Source: Squalus acanthias
Lineage: Eukaryota
Reading direction: 5' to 3'
Assembly: GCA_030390025.1 (NCBI GenBank)
Contig: CM059437.1
Coordinates: 54,498,001-54,562,000, forward strand
DNA: 64,000 nt
Shown: piece by piece, positions 47,388-59,262 of the stretch
How the letters are laid out: each line of letters begins with the position of its first letter
How positions within the stretch are numbered: the stretch's first letter is position 1
Made by a program: the position numbers and the translations under genes
Notes under the pieces: generated by a model
What the model saw: only the letters and a program-made list of their open reading frames with translations
What the model was told of the DNA's origin: nothing
Databases searched by the model: none

Positions 47388-50300
47388 TTTTTTTATTCGT
47401 TTATGGGATGTGGGCGTCGCTGGCAAGTCCAACATTTATTGCCCATCCCTAATTGCCCTTGAGAAGGTGGTGGTGATCGCCTACTTGAACCGCTGCAGTC
47501 CGTGTGGTCAAGTTACTCCCACAGTGCTGTTAGGTAGGGAATTCCAGGATTTTGACCCAGCGACGATGAAGGATCGGCGATACACTTCCAAGTCCCCAAG
47601 TCCAGGGCCCCAAATACTCCTTCCAGGTGAAACAGCGATTTACTTGTACTTCTTGCAATTAAGTATACTGTATTCATTGCTCACCATGCGGTCTCCTGTA
47701 AAATGGGGAGACCAAATGCAGATTGGGTGACTGCTTTGCGGAACACCTCCATTCAGTCCGTAAGGGTGACCCCGAGCTTCCGGTCGCCTGTCACTTTAAT
47801 TTTCTGCTCCACTCCCACTCTGACCTCTCCGTCCTCGGCCTCTTACACTGTTCCAATGAAGCTCAATGTAAGCTCGAGGAACAGCACCTCATCTTTCGAT
47901 TAGGCACTTTACAGCCTTCTGGACTCAACATCGAGTTCAACAATTTCAGACCATAACCTCTGCCCCGATGTCTATTTTCATTGTATTTATTTTTCTCGCT
48001 CTCACATGGCAGCTGTCGATCATTCTGCCATTGCCATTTACATTTCATCTAGAGTCACCTTTTGTTTCTTAACTTGTCCCATTACCATCTCCTTTTGCCT
48101 TGCACCATCATCCCTTGTGTCTCTTAATCTCACTTACCTTCCACCCTATTACAGACCTTCCCTTTTGTTCTTTCCTCCCCTCCCCCCTTTCCCTGCCCCT
48201 ACACTTGCTTAAAAACTTGTTCCATCTCCAACTTTTTCCCGTTCTGACGAAGGGACATCGACCTGAAATGTTAACTCTGTTTCTCTCTGCACAGATGCTG
48301 CCTAACCTGCTGAGTATTGCCCACATTTTTTCCTTATATTTCAGATTTCCAGCACCCGCATTATTTTGCTTTTGTACTTCCAAGTCAGGATGGTGTGTGA
48401 CTTGGAGGGGAACTTAGAGGTGGTGGTGTTCCCATGCGTCTGCTGCCCTTGTCCTTCTAGATTGTAGAGGTTGTGGGTTTGGGAGGTGCTGCCGAAGAAG
48501 CTTTGGCGAGTTGCTGCAATGCATCTTGTAGATGGTACACACTGCAGCCATGGTACGCCGGTGGTGGAGGAAGTGAATGTTTAAGGTGGTGGATGGGGTG
48601 CCAATCAAGTGGGCTGCTCTGTCCTGGATAGTGTCAAGCTTCTTGAGTGTTGTTGGAGCTGCACTCATCCAGGCAACTGGAGAATACTCCATCACACTCC
48701 TGACTTGTGCCTTGTAGATGGTGGAAAGGCTTTGGGGAGTCAGGAGGTAAGACACTCGCAGCTGAATTCCCAGCCTCTGACCCGCTCTTGTTGACACAGT
48801 ATTTATGTGGCCATAGTATTTAAGTGGCTGGTCCAGTTAAGTTTCTGGTCAATCGTAACCCCCAGAATGTTGATGGTGGGGGATTCGGCAATGGTAATGC
48901 CGTTGAATGTCAAGGGGCGGTGGTTAGACTCTCGCTTTTTGGAGATAGTCATTGCCTGGTACTTGCGTGGCGCGAATGTTACTTGCCACTTATCAGCCCA
49001 AGCTTGAATGCCATCCAGGTATTGCTGCATGTGGGCCTGGGCTGCTTCATTATCTGAGGAGTTGGGAATGGAACTGAACACTGTGCAATCATCAGCGAAC
49101 ATCAACACTTATGACCTTATGATGGAGGGAAGATCATTGATGAAGCAGCTGTAGTTGGCTGGGCCGAAGACACTGCCCTGAGGAACTCCTGCATCGATGT
49201 CCTGGGGAAGAGATGATCAACCGCCAACAACCACAACCATCTTCCTTTGTGCTAGGTATAACTCCAGCCAGTGGAGAGTTTTCCCCCTGATTCCCATTGG
49301 CTTCAATTTTACTAGGGCTCCTTGATGCCACACTCGGTCAAATGCTGCCTTAATGTCAAGGGCAGTCACTCTCACCTCACCTCTGGAATTCATCTCATGT
49401 CCATGATTGGACCAAGGCTGTAATGAGGACTGGAGCCGAGTGGCCCTGGCGGAACCCAAACTGAGCATCAGTGAGTAGGTTATTGGTGAGTAAGTGCCGC
49501 TTGATATTACTGTTGATGACACCTTCCATCACTTTGCTGATGATTGAGAGTAGACTGATGTGGCGGTAAATGGCCGGATTGGATTTGTCCTGTTTTTTGT
49601 AGACAGGACATACCTGGGTAGTTTTCCACATTGTCGGGTGGATGCCAGTGTTGCAGCTGTACTGGAACTGTTTGGCTCGAGGTGCGGCTAGTTCTGGAGC
49701 ACAAGTCTTCAGCACGACGGCCGGGATGTTGTAAGGGCCCATAGCCTTTGCTGTATCCAGTGCGCTCGGCCCATCAATTGGCAGAAGACTGGCTTCTGTG
49801 ATGGTGGGGCCCTCAGGAGATGGCTGAGTTGGATCATCCACTCGGTATTTCTGGTTGAAGATGGTTGCAAGTGCTTCAGTCTTGTATTTTGCACTCGCGT
49901 GCTCTGCTCCACCATCATTGAGGATGGGGATATTCATGGAGCCTCCTCCTCCCGTTAGTTTTCTTCAACTGTCCACCACCATTCACGAGTGGATGTGGCA
50001 GGACTGCAGAGCTTTGATCTGATCCGTTGGTTGTGGGATCGCTTAGCTCTGTCTATAGCATGCTGTTTCCGGTGTTTAGCATGCATGTAGTCCTGTGTTG
50101 TAGCTTCCCCAGGTTGGCACCTCATTTTCAGGTACGCCTGGTGCTGCTACTGGCCTGCTCTTCTGCACTCCACATTGAACCAGAGTTGGTCCTCTGGCTT
50201 GATGGCAATGGTAGTGTGAGCGAAGTGCCTGGCCATGAGATTACAGATTGTGGTGGAATACAATTCTGCTGCTGCTGATGGCCCACAGCGCCTCATGGAT

Positions 50301-51455
50301 GCCCAGCTGCTAGATCTGTTGTGAATCTATCCCATTTAACACGGTGGTAGTGCCACACAACATGATGGAGGGTGTTCTCAGTGTGAAGACGGGCCTGCGT
50401 CTCCACAAGGATTGTGCGGTGGTCACTGCTACCAATGCGGTCATGGACATCTGCGACTGGTAGATTGGTGAGGACGAGGTAAAGTAGGCTTTTCCCTTGT
50501 GTTGGTTCTCTCACCACCTGCCACAGGCCCAGTCTGGCAGCTATAACCTTCAGGATTCAGCCAGCTCGGTCAGTAGTGGTGCTACCGAGCCACTCTTGGT
50601 GATGGGCATTGAAGTCCCCCAACCAGAGTACATTCTGTGCCCTTGTTACCCGCAGTGCTTATTCCAAGTGGTGTTCATCATGGAGGAGTACTGATTCATC
50701 AACTGAGGGATGGTGGTAGGTTGTAATCAGTAGAAGGTTTCCTTGCCTATGCTTGACCTGAAGCCATGCGAATTCATGGGGTCCGGAGTCAATGTTGAGG
50801 ACTCCCAGTGCCACTCCCTCCCGACTCTAACCATTGTGCCGCCATCTCTGGTGGGACTGCCCTGCCACTGGGATAGGACATTACCAGGGATGGTGATGGA
50901 GGATTCTGGGACATCGGCTGAAAGGTATGATTCTGTGAGTATGACTAAGTCAAGCTGTTGCTTGACTAGTCTGCGGAACAGCTCTCCCACTTTTGGCACA
51001 AGTCCCCAGATGTTAATGCGGAGGACTTTGCAGGGCGACTGGGCTCAGTGTGCCGTTGCCTTGTCTGAAGCTAGTCCCGGGGCCGGTGCCGAGGTCGATG
51101 CCTGGTGGTCCGTCCGGTTTTATTCGTATTAATGCTTTTCGCAGTGGTTTAGTACAACTGAGTGGCTAGCTAGGCCATTTCAGAGGGCAGTTAAGAGTCA
51201 ACCACATTGCTGTGGGTCTGGAGTCACATATAGGCCTGACCCAGTCAGGATGGCAGGCTTCCTTCCCTAAAGGACATTCGTGAAGCGAATGGGTTCTTAA
51301 GACAATCCGGTAGTTTCATGGTCACCATTACTGACACTAGCTTTTTATTCCAGATTTATTTAACTAACTGATTTAAAGTTCCGCAACTTGCACCTCTGGA
51401 TCATTACTCCAGGCCTCCTGATTACTAGTCCAGTAACATAACCACTATGCTACCG
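47388..51455 (-). mobile_element. Long CR1/L2-clade LINE (endonuclease plus RT, degenerate) with a tRNA-like 5' head
   Basis: LDLVILTESYL, IGSSDH, ALDIKAAFDRVWH, MFADDC; 3' A-tail near 47390; A-box TAGCATAGTGG at 51442-51452 (-). Confidence 0.85.
47595..48375 (+). mobile_element. Penelope-like element 3' part nested in a LINE
   Basis: GIY-YIG C-terminus (ORF 47723-47956); 11-bp TSD ACTTCCAAGTC at 47584-47594 and 48376-48386; decayed hammerhead at 48241-48275. Confidence 0.9.
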
Positions 51456-52605
51456 TACCACAATAAAATATCATACATAGAATCACATAGAATCTGTGGC
51501 ACAGAAACACGCCATTCAGCCCAACAGGTCTATGCCGTCTTCGCACTCCATACGAGCGTTCTCCCACTCCAATTACCTCTTCCCACCCCGCCTCCATATC
51601 TCCCTTTCGCCTTCTTCCTCATGTATGCAACAAGCCTCCCATTAAATGTGTCAGTGCTATCTGATTCAACCACTCCATGTGGAAGCGAATTCCACATTCT
51701 CACTACTGTCTGTGTAAAGAAATAGAAACATAGCAACATGAGTATGTCATTCAGCCGCTCCAGCCTGTTCCAGTATTCAACTAGATCAAAGGTGATCTGT
51801 TCCTCAACTCCATTTACCCGCCTCCGTTCCATATCCCTTGATATCCTTACCTAACAATAATTTATCGATCTCAGTCTTGAAAGTTTCAATTGACCCAGAA
51901 TCCACAGCCTTTTGGGGAAGTGAGTTCCATATTCCCAATCCTCTTTGTGTGAAAAAGGTGGTTCCTACTTTATTCCTAAGGTTCGGTGCACAATAGTCCA
52001 CATGGGGTCTGCACAAGGCTTTGGATAACTGAAACATTACCTCCTCACTTTTGAATTTTAATCCCCTTCGGAAAAGGTCAACATTCCATTAGTGTTTTGA
52101 TTATTTTTGTACCTTTGCATTAACTTTTAATGAATTGTGCACATGGACACACCTAAATCGCTTTGCTCCTCCACACCTGCTAGTGTCTCAGCAGTAAGAA
52201 AATATTCTGACTTGTCTTTCTCAGATCCAAAGTAGATGCCCTAACTCTTCCCGACATTGAGGTCCATCTGTCATAGTTTTGTCAATTCACTTGACCTATC
52301 TATGTAACTTCCTTCTCCCCGCCACAAAACTTACTGTGCCTCATAGCTTAGCCTTATCTGCAAACTTGGATAAAGAAGTTTATATTGCTACGTGCAAGTC
52401 ATTAATTTACAAGATGAAAAGCTAAGCCCCCATTACAAATCCCAGGGAAACGCCATTTGCCACATCCATCAATCAGAGAACAATCTCTTTAACCATACTC
52501 TCTGTCTCCTACCTCACAAATAATTGCCAAACCATATCTCCAAATAAATTATATTAATGAGCACAGTATTCCAAGTGTGGTCAAACCTAGTCTCGATATA
52601 AATTT

Positions 52606-53120
52606 CGCCTGTCACTTTAATTCTCCGCTCCACTCCCACTCTGACCTCTCCGTCCTCGGCCTCTTACACTGTTCCAAAGAAGCTCAACGTAAGCTCGAGG
52701 AACAGCACCTCATCTTTCGATTAGGCACTTTACAGCCTTCTGGACTCAACATCAAGTTCAACAATTTGAGACCATAACCTCTGCCCTATTTTTTCACATG
52801 GCAGCTGTTGATGCTTCTGCCATTCCCATTTACAACTCTTCTAGGCTCATCTTTTATTTATTTACATTTCCCATTACCATCTCCTTTTGCCTGGAACCAT
52901 CATCCCGTTTGTTTATAATCTCTCCTGCTTTCATCCTATCACAGACCACCCCTTTTGTTCTTTCCTCCCCTCCCCCTTTCATTGCACTTGCTTCAAATTT
53001 GTTACATCTCTAATTTTTTCCAGTTCTGACGAAAGTTCATCGACCTGAAACTTTAACTCTGTATCTCTCTCCACAGATGTTGCCTGAGCTGCTGAGTATT
53101 TCCAACATTTTCTGTTTTTA
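52606..53120 (+). mobile_element. Penelope-like element 3' fragment
   Basis: ACHFNSPLHSHSDLSVLGL...GLNIKFNN; decayed hammerhead at 53022-53058. Confidence 0.88.
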
Positions 53121-54101
53121 TTTTATTATTAGAAATTTAACATTACCTTTCTACTTTTCTATTCTATTCTTCTACAAATGATACCTAGTACTGTGTACGC
53201 AGTCATTATGATCTTAACTACTTGTGTTGTTACTCTAAGCGATTTATGTATCTGTATCCCCAAATCAGTCTGAACAAAGAAGACTGTGCACTAAATGGAT
53301 ACCGAGTTTGTGACCAGTGTGAAGGAGATTGTAAAAAAAAAACGACTGTTATCTGGGCTAGTTTCTGTCAAAGACATCGGTGAATCTGTAGTTATGACGG
53401 GTTGAGCTGCTAATAGTACCTGCTTCAATATAACGATTATTGACCAATGATTAAAGGAATCGGATCGTTTGGGAAACAATCATGCAATGCTGGAAACTGT
53501 ACCGCGGTATTCAAAAGTTAGGCGGTCACAGAGTTGCCCCTGAATTTGTGAAACCAGATGATTTAGATGAACTTATTTGGAATTGTTCTCAGATTCACAC
53601 GGACACGTGGTTCAGCTCCTTCCCCACACGGACAAAATTCAGACAGGAACATTTTAAAAATGTTTTGTAAGATTTCTTTCACGAGATGTCAAATTATGGT
53701 CACTCGTCGTGCCTGTAATTTCATTATTCCAACTGATATCACTGACTCGATATACGATGAACAGAATGCCTCAAAGCATAAAACCTCACCATTTACGCAA
53801 ATTTAGAAAATTTCTATGAATTGGCGCAGATATATCGGACAGAAAGGAATAACAGCACCTGAGATAATAGAAGAGTAATTTGATTACACTGCCGCATTTA
53901 TAAGGTTACACGGAAGCTTTGATCAGTTCAGGGTGAACACACGTTAAGATACAGCCAGCGGGTTCCAGCGGACAAACTCTGCATCTGTTGTTGTGACTGG
54001 AAATGGATCACTTAAAATCAAACCTGTAATGTCCGAATACGGGATTTATTTGAAAGAAACTTTACTAATGACATAACAAATCGATACATAAGATTCTTGA
54101 A

Positions 54102-54424
54102 TCAGATACAGCTGGATCTGGTGATGCTTGTTTGAAGCGGGTTTGCCTGAGTCTCGTGTTTAACCACACAGGAGTAAAGCTCGTGTGAGTTCCACTCTGA
54201 GGCTGGCAGAGTCAGATAACTGCTCACACTGAACGTGTTGTCCGTCTCCTGCTGGACCCGACTGGTCTCAACACCATTCCCTCTGACACTGCCATCGACA
54301 GTCCACTCAATCTCCACAGCGCCCGGGTTAAAGCCGTTCACCAAACACACCAGGGTCGCCGTGTTCTTTGCTGCGATTTGATCCGATGAAGGCGGAAGGA
54401 CAGACACCGAGGGGCCCCGCGGAC
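54102..54424 (-). CDS. IgL constant exon, cluster 3
   Basis: tttttcag|GTCCGCGG; PRGPSVSVLPPS...SSCI-TGA; 323 nt; minus-strand AATAAA at 54045-54050. Confidence 0.95.
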
Positions 54425-55404
54425 CTGAAAAATAAAAACAAGTGCAAGAAGATCCATTATTGATTGACATTAAAAGTCTGAATCAATGTGTTACTTTCTT
54501 CAATTATTTTAAAATTCGGCGTCACTTTACAAAAGTATGAGGAATTTAACACAACGGAACCTCAGTAATGTCAATTCCATAATGACAGAGGCCCGCAGTT
54601 CTGGAAATTATATAATCTGAGAATAGTTTCATATTTTAGGTACATGGAAAGGAACTGATAAAAATTATTTTAAGGAAATACAATCCAAGCTAATTGAATA
54701 TAACCCTCAAAGACATCATATTTGTTTCAATTTTCTGCCATTTCCTTTCCTCATTGAAGTTTAGCACATCATTAGGAATATTTCCACATTTGTGGAAAAA
54801 ATGCGTGTCAGAAAAATAAAATATAAAAATAAAACTGGGACACAAAATTACTTTGAAAGGTACTGATCGGACTCAACCTGTCACAGACATTGTTTCGCAG
54901 TAGTTGCGGAATTAAAGTGAAAGTAGAAAGCAAAAGAACCGTATTTGGGGTAAGTAATCCTAACATTGCTGACTTCAAAGATACAGTAATATTTAGATCC
55001 AAACGTTCGATTCTAATCAATTTACTGCTAATCTCGGTTCTTTGCTTCTGTCTCCAGTTTTGCACTAATATTGACGGAAGTGGTAAACACTATATTGGAC
55101 TAATATTTGGGCTTCTGGACAATCACTGCCATAAGATCTACTAGGCTGCTCATTTCTACAAAGTTGCGGCCCTTGTCAGATGATGACTATATTGTGTAAA
55201 CCTTCAAAAGACTGTCCCAATAATTCCATCACACTCGATATATGCTGTTTGGAGACAGATCCCGGGTCAGAGTTTCACAAAATATACCTTTTCATTAAAG
55301 GCACACAGTTTCCAGCAAATAACCACTGTTATTGTAGACAACGATATCAGTATTATATAATAACATCCCAACAATAACCTCAATATGAAAGAAATAATGT
55401 CAAA

Positions 55405-55615
55405 AATGTCCTGGCAATATTTATCCATCATCCAACCTCACTAAAACAGATTGTCCCGCCATCATCGCATTTCTATTTGTGGGAGCTTGCTGTGCGCAGA
55501 CTGGCTGCAGTTTTTCCTACATTACAGCAGTGACTACACTTCAAAGGTACTTCTTTGGCTGTAAAGCGGGGTGGGACACCACGAGGTCGTGACAGGTGCT
55601 ATATCAATGCAAGTT
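55405..55615 (+). mobile_element. Deu-type SINE 3' fragment
   Basis: Similar to 59390-59595. Confidence 0.65.
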
Positions 55616-57692
55616 CTCCTTTCTTTTCTTAATAAAAATAGAAAATTGCCCTGACAATGAAAAATAACCCAGAGTAAGAATGTTGAAGCCAGTCTGTCAC
55701 AATCTTCTGTCTCTTTAAATGGCAGTTCGCACCGAACATGTGTTACAAGCATCAGCTGCCAATGACAACCTTTCGGTAAAATGGTTTAATTAATGAAAAT
55801 CACCGAAGAAAAGGATGGAAATATTGTTCAATCATAGAATTAGATGTCAGAGGCGCTACCGCTACAAATGGTTAAGATATTGAGGTGCCGTGTCTGCTAC
55901 AGCGGCGCGTCTCACCAATACCAGGTTTGCCCGGGTCGGTTTAACAATCTATTGCCATTCTGAGACGTTCGCCCTGGAGCCTACAACTTCGCCTTGCTTT
56001 CTTTACGCTTCAATATGGAGGCTGAAAATGCGACTCTCCCTGACAAGAGCCATCAACCCCTATTATCACAGTTGGTATAATCGCCCTGCAACACCCGGAG
56101 TATCGCCGCATTTTCTGGTACTGAAATGTCTGGAGTCGGGTGAAATTATTGAGCAGGTTTTACTGTCAGATCAGATTGTTATCTAACCACCAAGCGTTTG
56201 ACAGTGAATTCTTTTAACACTGGTTTGGAATGTAGATTTCCAGATATAAAATCTTAATGGAACAATTTATAATGTAATGGAAGATCTTTGCTGTTTTTAT
56301 CTCATGTTCGCCCACTGCACGCTGATGTAATAACCAAGGTAAAATTGCGATAGAGTATTCGCATTTTCTGCAATATTACTACTCTCGCTGACACGAATCA
56401 CAGAACCAGCAGCAAAGCGCAATGGAGTGAGTACAAAGACATGTACAAAAATCTGAAAACGTATTCCGCGAATTTCACAATAAATTGATCGGCGAGGAAG
56501 GTAGTGTGCCCGTGAAAATTAAACATCCTGCGAATCATTGATGATTACTGCATGTAGAAAATAGATCACTGTTAATGATTATTAATACCTGAACTGAACG
56601 CAACAGTTTGATTGCTATAGTTATCGGGAATTAATGTGAAATGTAAGACTGAGAATTTTGTACTGAACGGGATTCTCTTGGAGACGAGTGTGAGAGATTT
56701 ACAGCAAGTAGCCACACTATCCTCCTGCAGTCTTAGTCCGAGTATGGTTACTAAATCGCAAAAGTGCTTTCATGTGAATTAAAACTGTATTTGTTGAAAC
56801 TTTTGAATTTTTGTTTTTATAATTTTACCAACAATTCATTCCAGCAGGGTTGTAGTGACCGGGTGTAATCCAGTCTGAAAGACTATGCTGGTCTCATATC
56901 ATCATAGAATTGTCCAGCTCAGAAGGAGGTCGATCACGCCCGCCCCAGCTCTTTGAAAAAGCATTCCACTTTGTCCATTTCCCAGACATTTTTTGTCCTT
57001 CATCAAATGTTTATCTGCTTCCCTTTAAACACTACCATGGATTCTGCTCGCTCCACTCTTAAAGTTAGGAAACTACACGTTTTCACAATCCCTTGGATAA
57101 ATAAAATATCCTGACCTCTCCCTTCGTCCTTCTAGCGATGATGTTAAATTGATGTCCTCTGGTTACCGAGGGACCGATCAGTGAAAATAGATTTATTTTC
57201 ATTTGCTGGAATAAAATGGCTCAGAATTCTGAACACATCCAGCAGATCACATCGTAAGCTTCTGGTGAATAGAGCTTCTCGCGTCTCCTCTCAGAACTAA
57301 AACCTCGCAGTAGTTAATATCTTAATAAATTGCTCCTGTACCCTCTCCAAGTCTTTGACACCCTTCCTAAAGTCGGGTGCCCTTTCTGCCTGGCTATCTC
57401 TTGAATATCAGTGGATGCTGATTCACAAGCTCTGTATAAATAATCTTAAATTATACTAAATAATCTACCAAGAAAATGATTTTAAGGGATTGTTTCGTCC
57501 GCAATGTTGCAAATGTTAGGGGACACTTTGATGAGCGCTTTAGAATCCAAATTTAAAAAGTGACTGTTGCAATCGCCATAAGAGAATCCGGCACGGATAT
57601 TTCTGTTCCAGGGAACAACGACCAAAAAAAACAAAAATCGAAAACTACTAGTTGACAAATCCCAAGTTGCAAACTATGAATAATTTACTTAC

Positions 57693-58034
57693 TGCTCAGA
57701 TTCAGCTTGGTTCCTCTCCCGAAAGTTAATCTATCACCGCTCCACACAGCACAGTAATAATCGGCGGCGTCCTCGGACAGCACGTTGGTGATGGTTAAAT
57801 GCATCTTGTTACTCGATGAGTCCACAGACCCTGTAAATCGATCTGGAATTCCCGAACCTCTGGTGGAGCCCTCATACCAAACAAACACAGGGGCACTGCC
57901 GGGTTTCTGCCAGTACCAGCTCGTGTACCAGCTACCAATGTTACCTCCGGACAGGGTACAGGTGATCGTAACGGTTCTCCCCGGTGTGCTTGAGATGGAC
58001 GCGGGCTGAGTCAGGACAGGATCGGCGTTTGTAC
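57693..58034 (-). CDS. Germline-joined, in-frame VJ exon, cluster 3
   Basis: caacag|GT ACA AAC GCC; DPVLTQPASIS...[47 protein letters not shown]...DYYCAVWSGDRLTFGRGTKLNLS, A|GTAAGT; 342 nt, open; no RSS. Confidence 0.95.
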
Positions 58035-58169
58035 CTGTTGAATAACAAATAATTGATCAGTCGCACTCTGTGAAATTCTGAATAATCAGATCCGTTCAAC
58101 ACAACCACAACGAAACAAATCAGGGCAATGTAAAAAGCAGTGATATTAATGCTTAAGTCCTGCACTTAC

Positions 58170-58218
58170 TGTGGAGAAAGAGCACCAGTGCGGCGACAAA
58201 CCGAACCCATTCAGTCAT
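58170..58218 (-). CDS. IgL leader exon, cluster 3
   Basis: MTEWVRFVAALVLFLH + A|GTAAGT; homologous to the cluster 2 leader. Confidence 0.92.
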
Positions 58219-58284
58219 AGTTAAGGTTTTGGTGACGGTAGGAAGCATCATGTTTTCTGACACGAATTTTGTTCTGGGCTCTTA

Positions 58285-58349
58285 CTAAACCTCTCCTTAA
58301 GAAGTTTCAAACGTCGCAACGTCACTGAGTATTAATTATTCATGCAAAT
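58285..58349 (-). promoter_or_regulatory. IgL promoter, cluster 3: octamer plus conserved TTAAGGAGAGGTTTAG box
   Basis: ATTTGCAT (-) at 58342-58349; 16-mer at 58285-58300; CACGTG E-box just upstream of the octamer. Confidence 0.85.
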
Positions 58350-58609
58350 CTCCGTCCACGTGACTTCAGCCTACTGCATCGTCGGTCCTGTGCTGACTGA
58401 CATTTGCACAAACCCGGCCATTTGAAAATAATGAGAAATAAAGTGTCAAAGCCATAGAATAGAACTCGATAATGATAGAATACATCAAGCTAAAGGTGCG
58501 GTAAACGACCAGGATCGATTAGGTTACTGTAGGCTTGGGTTTTGGAAGCCTGAAAATTGTAATAGAGTGGAAAGACTGAGGGTGGTAAGGGCTTCAATAA
58601 CTCAACCAA

Positions 58610-58637
58610 ATAGATAGATAGATAGATAGATAGATAG
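58610..58637. repeat. (ATAG)7 microsatellite
   Basis: Direct reading. Confidence 0.9.
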
Positions 58638-59167
58638 TAAAGGGAGTTACGCACTGTGAGAAAAACATGGAAGAATTAAGGGAGATTTTTGAAAGGATTT
58701 TTATTAAAGGATCTGAGAGATCTATTTGAGCTCACATGAGAAAGTGAGGTTCAGAATGTTGATGTATAGAAGGAGTAAGGGTGAATGAATCAAATGGAAC
58801 AGTTGTTTGTTTAGTCTTCTGATAGATACACAACATTGCTTTGTGCTGCCGGGTGTGTGATGTCATTGTATGAACCTTAGTACGAAATTCCAGAGCTTCC
58901 TATTTTAATGGGACAGTTAATCATTTAAAAATAGCAATCCAAAATATATTTCTTACAAATACATTAAATGTCTTTACCTAATATTTCACAGCAGATTTCA
59001 CTAGAGACTTGAGCACAAAAATCTAGGCTGACACTTCAGTGCTGTACTGAGGGAGTGCTGCACTGTCGGAGGTGTGGTCTTTTAGATGAGACGTTAAACC
59101 GAGCCTCATCTGCCCTCTCATGTGGACGTAAAAGATCCCCTGGCACTATTTCGAGTTTTATTTGAAA

Positions 59168-59209
59168 TCACAAGCTTTCGGAGCTATCGATCGCCCCTTC
59201 CTCAGGTGA
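59168..59209 (-). ncRNA. Minimal type I hammerhead ribozyme motif (mirror arm)
   Basis: Exact reverse complement of 59221-59262. Confidence 0.78.
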
Positions 59210-59220
59210 ATTAGTGTACT

Positions 59221-59262
59221 TCACCTGAGGAAGGGGCGATCGATAGCTCCGAAAGCTTGTGA
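59221..59262 (+). ncRNA. Minimal type I hammerhead ribozyme motif
   Basis: tcac-CTGAGGA-A-GGGGC(gatcgata)GCTCC-GAAA-GC-TT-gtga. Confidence 0.78.

Noticed and set aside
57743-57760. CACAGCA/CACAGTA heptamer-like words at the V-J junction
   Set aside because: They are the antisense of the YYCAV codons, with no correctly spaced nonamer.
58610-58637. GATA-factor site array upstream of cluster 3
   Set aside because: Common microsatellite, absent from the cluster 2 promoter.
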